From: Nitrospiraceae bacterium
GTDB taxonomy: Bacteria > Nitrospirota > Nitrospiria > Nitrospirales > Nitrospiraceae
Direction: 5' to 3'
Length of the DNA stretch: 61,201 nucleotides
Assembly: GCA_037443165.1 (NCBI GenBank)
Contig: JBBIOW010000001.1
Coordinates: 2,779 to 63,979 of the forward strand
Under the pieces are notes generated by a model. The model did not search any database. It was given only the letters and a program-made list of their open reading frames with translations, and was not told the origin of the DNA. Positions 57,320 through 61,201 of the stretch are shown piece after piece (position 1 is the stretch's first letter; the number at the start of each line of letters is the position of its first letter). The position numbers were made by a program, and so were the translations under genes.

Positions 57320-58540
57320 TCAGCAAGATTCACAGTCACCGGTGATCTCGCATACAAACAGGGCCACGTCGTCGGGGAACGCCGCCCCGCCCATCCACGC
57401 CTCGGCGGCACCCACCACCCGAACGACGAAGGCGTCGAGCGCTTCTTCGGCGTAGTCCCGCATCGCCTGAGCGACACGATCCCGACCCCATGGGTCCCCA
57501 GCGGAGTTCGGCGCTTCATAGAGCCCGTCGCTCATGAGCACCAGTCGATCCCCCGGCGCCAGCGTGATTTCTGCGGAACGATAGGAGGCGTCCGGAAGAA
57601 ATCCCAGTGGGAGCGAGGGCCGATCCAGCCACTCGACGGGACCGTTCCGGCGCAACACCAGCGCCCCGCCGTGTCCGGCCGCCGCGTATCGGACGGTGCC
57701 GCGGTCGATCCGCCAGCACCCGAGCCAACACGTAAAATAGAAGCCTTCCTCGCCCAACGGAAAGCGGCGGCCTGCCTCTATAAGGATCGTGCCAGGGCAG
57801 ACGGCGCCCTCGGCAGTGGACCGGGCACGCTCCCGCACGAAGGTCGAAAACGCCGCGGCCCGTAGGGCAGCCGACACCCCATGTCCCGACGCATCCAGCA
57901 TCGCCAGCCAAACGGCACCGTCGGACGACGGCTGGACCATGAACAGATCGCCCCCCAGTGCGAGCGACGGCCGATAGACCCAGGCGCAGGTCAGACCGGC
58001 GCCAAGCCGACCTGGTCGCGGCAAGAGGGTCCGGACGTACAGACCCGCAGCAGCCAGCTCGGATTGAAGCTCCCGATGGGCGGCGTCCACCTCCTGGATG
58101 AGTCGGCTAGTCCGCAAGCCGGCCTGAATACGCGCCATGAGTTCATGCTTCGTGGCTGATTTCGGCAAGAAATCATCAGCCCCGCGGGCCAGTCCTTCCG
58201 CCAGTTGTTCGGGTTGATCCAGTGCCGTCAGCAGAATCAAATAACAGGTCTTGAGCGCCTCATTGCGCCGCACCGCTTCGCACAGGGATGGGCCATCCAG
58301 GCCGGGCATCATCCAATCCAGGATGGCGAGGTCGGGCTGGACGCGCTCGATGAGCGCGAGCCCTGTCCGCCCGTCATCAGCTTCGTGCACGCCATACCCC
58401 AGACGTCTGAGCCTGGCGGCCGTCGCCGCTCGACTGACCGCGTCGTCATCGACCACCACGATCGTCGCCTTCTCCGCGGTGCCTGGTCGCCCGGTCATCG
58501 TCCGTTGCCCGATGTGGTTTGTGCCACCCGGTACCGTCAT
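57320..58540 (-). CDS. response regulator with a PP2C/SpoIIE phosphatase output (RsbU/HsbR-like)
   Basis: Canonical REC ([26 protein letters not shown]), then PP2C motifs [27 protein letters not shown] and DDVALFV. Confidence 0.85.
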   Translation of the reverse strand: MTVPGGTNHIGQRTMTGRPGTAEKATIVVVDDDAVSRAATAARLRRLGYGVHEADDGRTGLALIERVQPDLAILDWMMPGLDGPSLCEAVRRNEALKTCYLILLTALDQPEQLAEGLARGADDFLPKSATKHELMARIQAGLRTSRLIQEVDAAHRELQSELAAAGLYVRTLLPRPGRLGAGLTCAWVYRPSLALGGDLFMVQPSSDGAVWLAMLDASGHGVSAALRAAAFSTFVRERARSTAEGAVCPGTILIEAGRRFPLGEEGFYFTCWLGCWRIDRGTVRYAAAGHGGALVLRRNGPVEWLDRPSLPLGFLPDASYRSAEITLAPGDRLVLMSDGLYEAPNSAGDPWGRDRVAQAMRDYAEEALDAFVVRVVGAAEAWMGGAAFPDDVALFVCEITGDCESC

Positions 58541-58546
58541 CCTCGC

Positions 58547-58897
58547 TCACGCCCGCGCGGGCGCCGGCACATCGCGCAGCGCCTCCTCTTCCGAATCGTA
58601 GATCGGGATCATCGCCGCAAGATTGGCCAGGGCCAGGATCTCGCGGACATACTGCTGGGGTTTGAGCAAACTCACGCGCCGCTGCAGGGCTTTGAACGAC
58701 GACGCGGCGAGGGCCAGCATGCCCAGCCCCGAACTGTCGATAAACCGGACGTGCTCGAGATTCACGATCAAGTGCCGGCAGCCGCTCTGCCGCGCCTGGT
58801 CGATTGCAGCCTTGAACGGCTGCCGATTCGCATAGGTCAGGTCTCCGTTCACATCGCAAATGACGGTCTCCGCCGTATGACGGGTCGAAATGTGCAT
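58547..58897 (-). CDS. STAS-domain anti-sigma-factor antagonist (RsbV/SpoIIAA/HsbA-like)
   Basis: LIVNLEHVRFIDSSGLGMLA with the conserved phosphorylatable Ser. ATG at 58897 is preceded by aaggag. Confidence 0.8.
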   Translation of the reverse strand: MHISTRHTAETVICDVNGDLTYANRQPFKAAIDQARQSGCRHLIVNLEHVRFIDSSGLGMLALAASSFKALQRRVSLLKPQQYVREILALANLAAMIPIYDSEEEALRDVPAPARA

Positions 58898-58968
58898 GGA
58901 TGCGCTCCTTGGTTGAACACCTCCTGCCGGATCCTTCAGTGGCATCCACCACTGAAGGATCCGCAGGC

Positions 58969-59760
58969 CTAGCTCACGTTCATATCGGCCGGCCGCGACG
59001 AAACTGAAGGCCCGCTCGCTGCATTGGCACCTGTGCGGGCCGCCTCGCTCGATCGTTCGGGCACCACGATTTCCACCCGGCGGTTCTTCGCCCGGCCATC
59101 CGGGGTGGAATTGTCGGCAATGGGCCGGGAGTCGGCGTAGGCGTGAGCGGCCGCATGGGCGGGCGGCACGCCATAGAGCTCAGTCAGGATCCGCACGACC
59201 ACCACGGCCCGCGCCGCCGACAGTTCCCAGTTCGAAGGATACCGCGCACTCCGGATGGGCACGTTGTCCGTGTGACCTTCCACCTTGACGGGACGATCCA
59301 GCTCGATCAGCACCTCGGCCAGCGCCTGGAGAAACGGTAAGGCTTCCGGACGCAGGTTGGCCTCACCGCTTTCGAACAGAATGGGTTCCGGAATGGAAAT
59401 CACGATGTCTCCGTCCGCCCGCTCCATGACATGGATGACGGCAAATTGCGCGGCCGGCTGCATCACCTTGACGATTTCCCGCAGCCGCCTGATGACCGGT
59501 TCCTTGTTCCCCGGGAGGCGCGGGGCGACGAGGGCCGGCTTGTATTCCCCGATATTGAACGCCAGGGGCGTCGTCGGCTGACTGACAATGGGATGAAGCG
59601 CGGCCTTGATCGATTCGCTGACGGTGCGAAACCGGCCTTCGTTGACCACCGAGACCGAGTACATCACGACGAAAAACGCGAACAAGAGCGTGATGAAATC
59701 GGCGTACGACACCAGCCACCGTTCATGGTTCTCATGCTCCTCGTGCTTGTGCTTCGCCAT
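58969..59760 (-). CDS. motB: flagellar stator protein MotB (OmpA-like C-terminus)
   Basis: ERWLVSYADFITLLFAFFVVMY plug/TM region with the conserved Asp. C-terminal GHTDNVPI...SNWELSAARA...NRRVEIV. Confidence 0.85.
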   Translation of the reverse strand: MAKHKHEEHENHERWLVSYADFITLLFAFFVVMYSVSVVNEGRFRTVSESIKAALHPIVSQPTTPLAFNIGEYKPALVAPRLPGNKEPVIRRLREIVKVMQPAAQFAVIHVMERADGDIVISIPEPILFESGEANLRPEALPFLQALAEVLIELDRPVKVEGHTDNVPIRSARYPSNWELSAARAVVVVRILTELYGVPPAHAAAHAYADSRPIADNSTPDGRAKNRRVEIVVPERSSEAARTGANAASGPSVSSRPADMNVS

Positions 59761-59780
59761 CGATCCACCTGTCCCGCCGC

Positions 59781-60548
59781 TTACGCCTTTTCCTGGCTGC
59801 GTGCTTCCTCCGGTAGGTAGCCCTCCAATTTCTCCTGCAGCAACCGCGGATTTTCACCTTGCGCGAGCCCCACGAGGCCCATCGTCAGCATCGCGCGATG
59901 GGCGGCTTGTTCCTGGAGCTTGAGCTTGATCTTGTTCGCGATCGGCAGAAAGAGCAGATTGGCCGACCCGACGCCGTACACCGTGGCCACGAAGGCGGTG
60001 GCGATGCCGCTGCCGAGCTTCGAGGGATCGGCGAGGTTTTCCATGACGTGGATCAAGCCCAACACCGCGCCGAGAATCCCGATCGTCGGCGCATAGCCTC
60101 CCGCAGCCTCCCAGACCTTAGCAGCTCGCAAGCCGGCCTCCTGATGGTGCTCTGCCTCGATCTCCAGAATGTCGTGCACCACCTTCGGATCGGTTCCGTC
60201 CACGATCAATTGCACGCCCTTGCGAAAGAACGGATCCTCGATCTCCTTCAACTTGCTTTCGAGCGCCAAGAGCCCCTGCTTTCGGGACAAGTTGGCCAGT
60301 TCCAGAATCCGGGCGATAGCGGCCTGATGGTCCTGCCCGGCGTTCTGGATCGCGAGCTTCGCCATGACGAGGCTTTTCAGCACCACCGGCAACGGATGCT
60401 GGACACAGATGGCGCCGATCGTGCCGCCGATCACGATGACGAAGGCCGTCAACTGGAGAATCGAGCTGAGATGGCCTCCTTCGAGGGCCTGCCCGCCGAC
60501 GATCGCGCCGAGCGCGACGACGATGCCAATGAGGGTGGCGAGATCCAT
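59781..60548 (-). CDS. motA: flagellar stator protein MotA (MotA/TolQ/ExbB family)
   Basis: Four-TM pattern with GGYAPTIGILGAVLGLI and ATAFVATVYGVGSANLLFLPIA. Confidence 0.85.
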   Translation of the reverse strand: MDLATLIGIVVALGAIVGGQALEGGHLSSILQLTAFVIVIGGTIGAICVQHPLPVVLKSLVMAKLAIQNAGQDHQAAIARILELANLSRKQGLLALESKLKEIEDPFFRKGVQLIVDGTDPKVVHDILEIEAEHHQEAGLRAAKVWEAAGGYAPTIGILGAVLGLIHVMENLADPSKLGSGIATAFVATVYGVGSANLLFLPIANKIKLKLQEQAAHRAMLTMGLVGLAQGENPRLLQEKLEGYLPEEARSQEKA

Positions 60549-60628
60549 AGCCGCTCAACCTTCCTGGCCCCGTGCAGACGACAGAGGAGCGGACGCGACA
60601 CACATGGTCACTCCCCTTCTCAGTCCGA

Positions 60629-61165
60629 TCACCGCTTGGCCGTGTCCGCCGCCGGCTGCTCGGCCGGCAACAGGAGTCTCGGCAGATCCAGCAGGATCAA
60701 GAGCCGATCGCGGACACGGCCGACGCCCTGCGTGTACTCGGCTCCGGCTGCCGCGCCGACCGTCGGCGGCGGCTCAATGGCGCTCCGCGGGATGCGCAGC
60801 ACTTCCTCCACCGCGTCCACGGCCAATCCGACCACCCGCCCACGAACCGACACGACGACGATACGCGAGCGGGCGGTCCGTTCGGTGTCCGGCATCCCGA
60901 AGCGTCGCCGCAGGTTCAGCACTGGAATGATCCGTCCTCGCAGATTGATCACCCCTTCAACATGGGGAGGGGCTTTCGGCACGCACGTGATCTCGGCCAT
61001 GCGATTGATCTCCTGGACACTCAAGACATCCAGGGCAAATTCTTCGCTTCCGACCCGGCATGCCACGAACTGGCAGAGTTCGTCCCCCGCCTCCATCGGC
61101 CGACGGTCGAGCGCGGTCGACGAGGACGCATCCGCCGCGGTCAGGCTGTCGTACTGGTTGGCCAT
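60629..61165 (-). CDS. cheW: chemotaxis coupling protein CheW
   Basis: FVACRVGSEEFALDVLSVQEI...VEGVINLRGRIIPVLNLRRRFG...VGLAVDAVEEVL, typical of the CheW domain. Confidence 0.9.
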   Translation of the reverse strand: MANQYDSLTAADASSSTALDRRPMEAGDELCQFVACRVGSEEFALDVLSVQEINRMAEITCVPKAPPHVEGVINLRGRIIPVLNLRRRFGMPDTERTARSRIVVVSVRGRVVGLAVDAVEEVLRIPRSAIEPPPTVGAAAGAEYTQGVGRVRDRLLILLDLPRLLLPAEQPAADTAKR

Positions 61166-61201
61166 CGCCCTCTCCTTTCCATGACCACTCGCGCGCGTTA
61201 C

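Noticed and set aside
53776-57345. 1189-aa ORF on the plus strand, the longest alternative ORF in the window
   Set aside because: It is entirely antisense to the hybrid histidine kinase, whose frame carries unmistakable H, N, G and receiver motifs. The product is Arg/Pro/Gly/His-rich low-complexity sequence, typical of stop-poor antisense frames in GC-rich DNA.

Overview
GC-rich bacterial chromosomal segment. No similarity search was possible, so all calls rest on motif recognition, ORF geometry and Shine-Dalgarno (SD) context. Gene style resembles Nitrospira-like genomes, but the taxon cannot be verified. Layout: (1) 23-5381, an envelope/heat-stress style cluster with two Hsp20 genes, a triple-BON protein, three paralogous small secreted proteins and four micro-ORFs (one absent from the ORF track). 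(2) 5.4-21.4 kb, mostly housekeeping: citrate synthase, ArsC/Spx-like protein, degenerate GGDEF protein, RNase D, J-domain protein, cytochrome c, ACT-malic enzyme, a YyaL-like/aldo-keto-reductase fusion, Pal, CBS and PsiE-like proteins. (3) 21.9-34.2 kb, a type II secretion cluster in the order gspC-D-[OMP gene remnant]-E-F-G-H-I-J-N-L-M-K, with heptanucleotide tandem repeats at the gspF/gspG junction. (4) 34.4-38.9 kb, a porin, lipoproteins and a PstS-family binding protein. (5) 39.1-44.6 kb, an accessory patch: a decayed 3.7-kb integrative element between a tRNA-Thr 5' half copy and the intact tRNA-Thr. It carries a toxin-first PIN/UPF0175 pair, an ORF-less RNA-like segment, and transposase, helicase and integrase stubs. 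An IS110-family element with an in-frame TGA follows it. (6) 45-49.6 kb, an RND exporter / LolA-like / beta-barrel triad. (7) 49.6-51 kb, a lipoprotein, DoxX and ArsR. (8) 51.1-61.2 kb, one minus-strand gene string cheW-motA-motB-STAS-(REC-PP2C)-hybrid histidine kinase-Hpt-(pseudo-REC-RsbW-like kinase)-secreted coiled-coil protein. I read this as an HptB/HsbR/HsbA-like partner-switching cascade with split architecture. Most long ORFs antisense to these genes are GC-driven artefacts.
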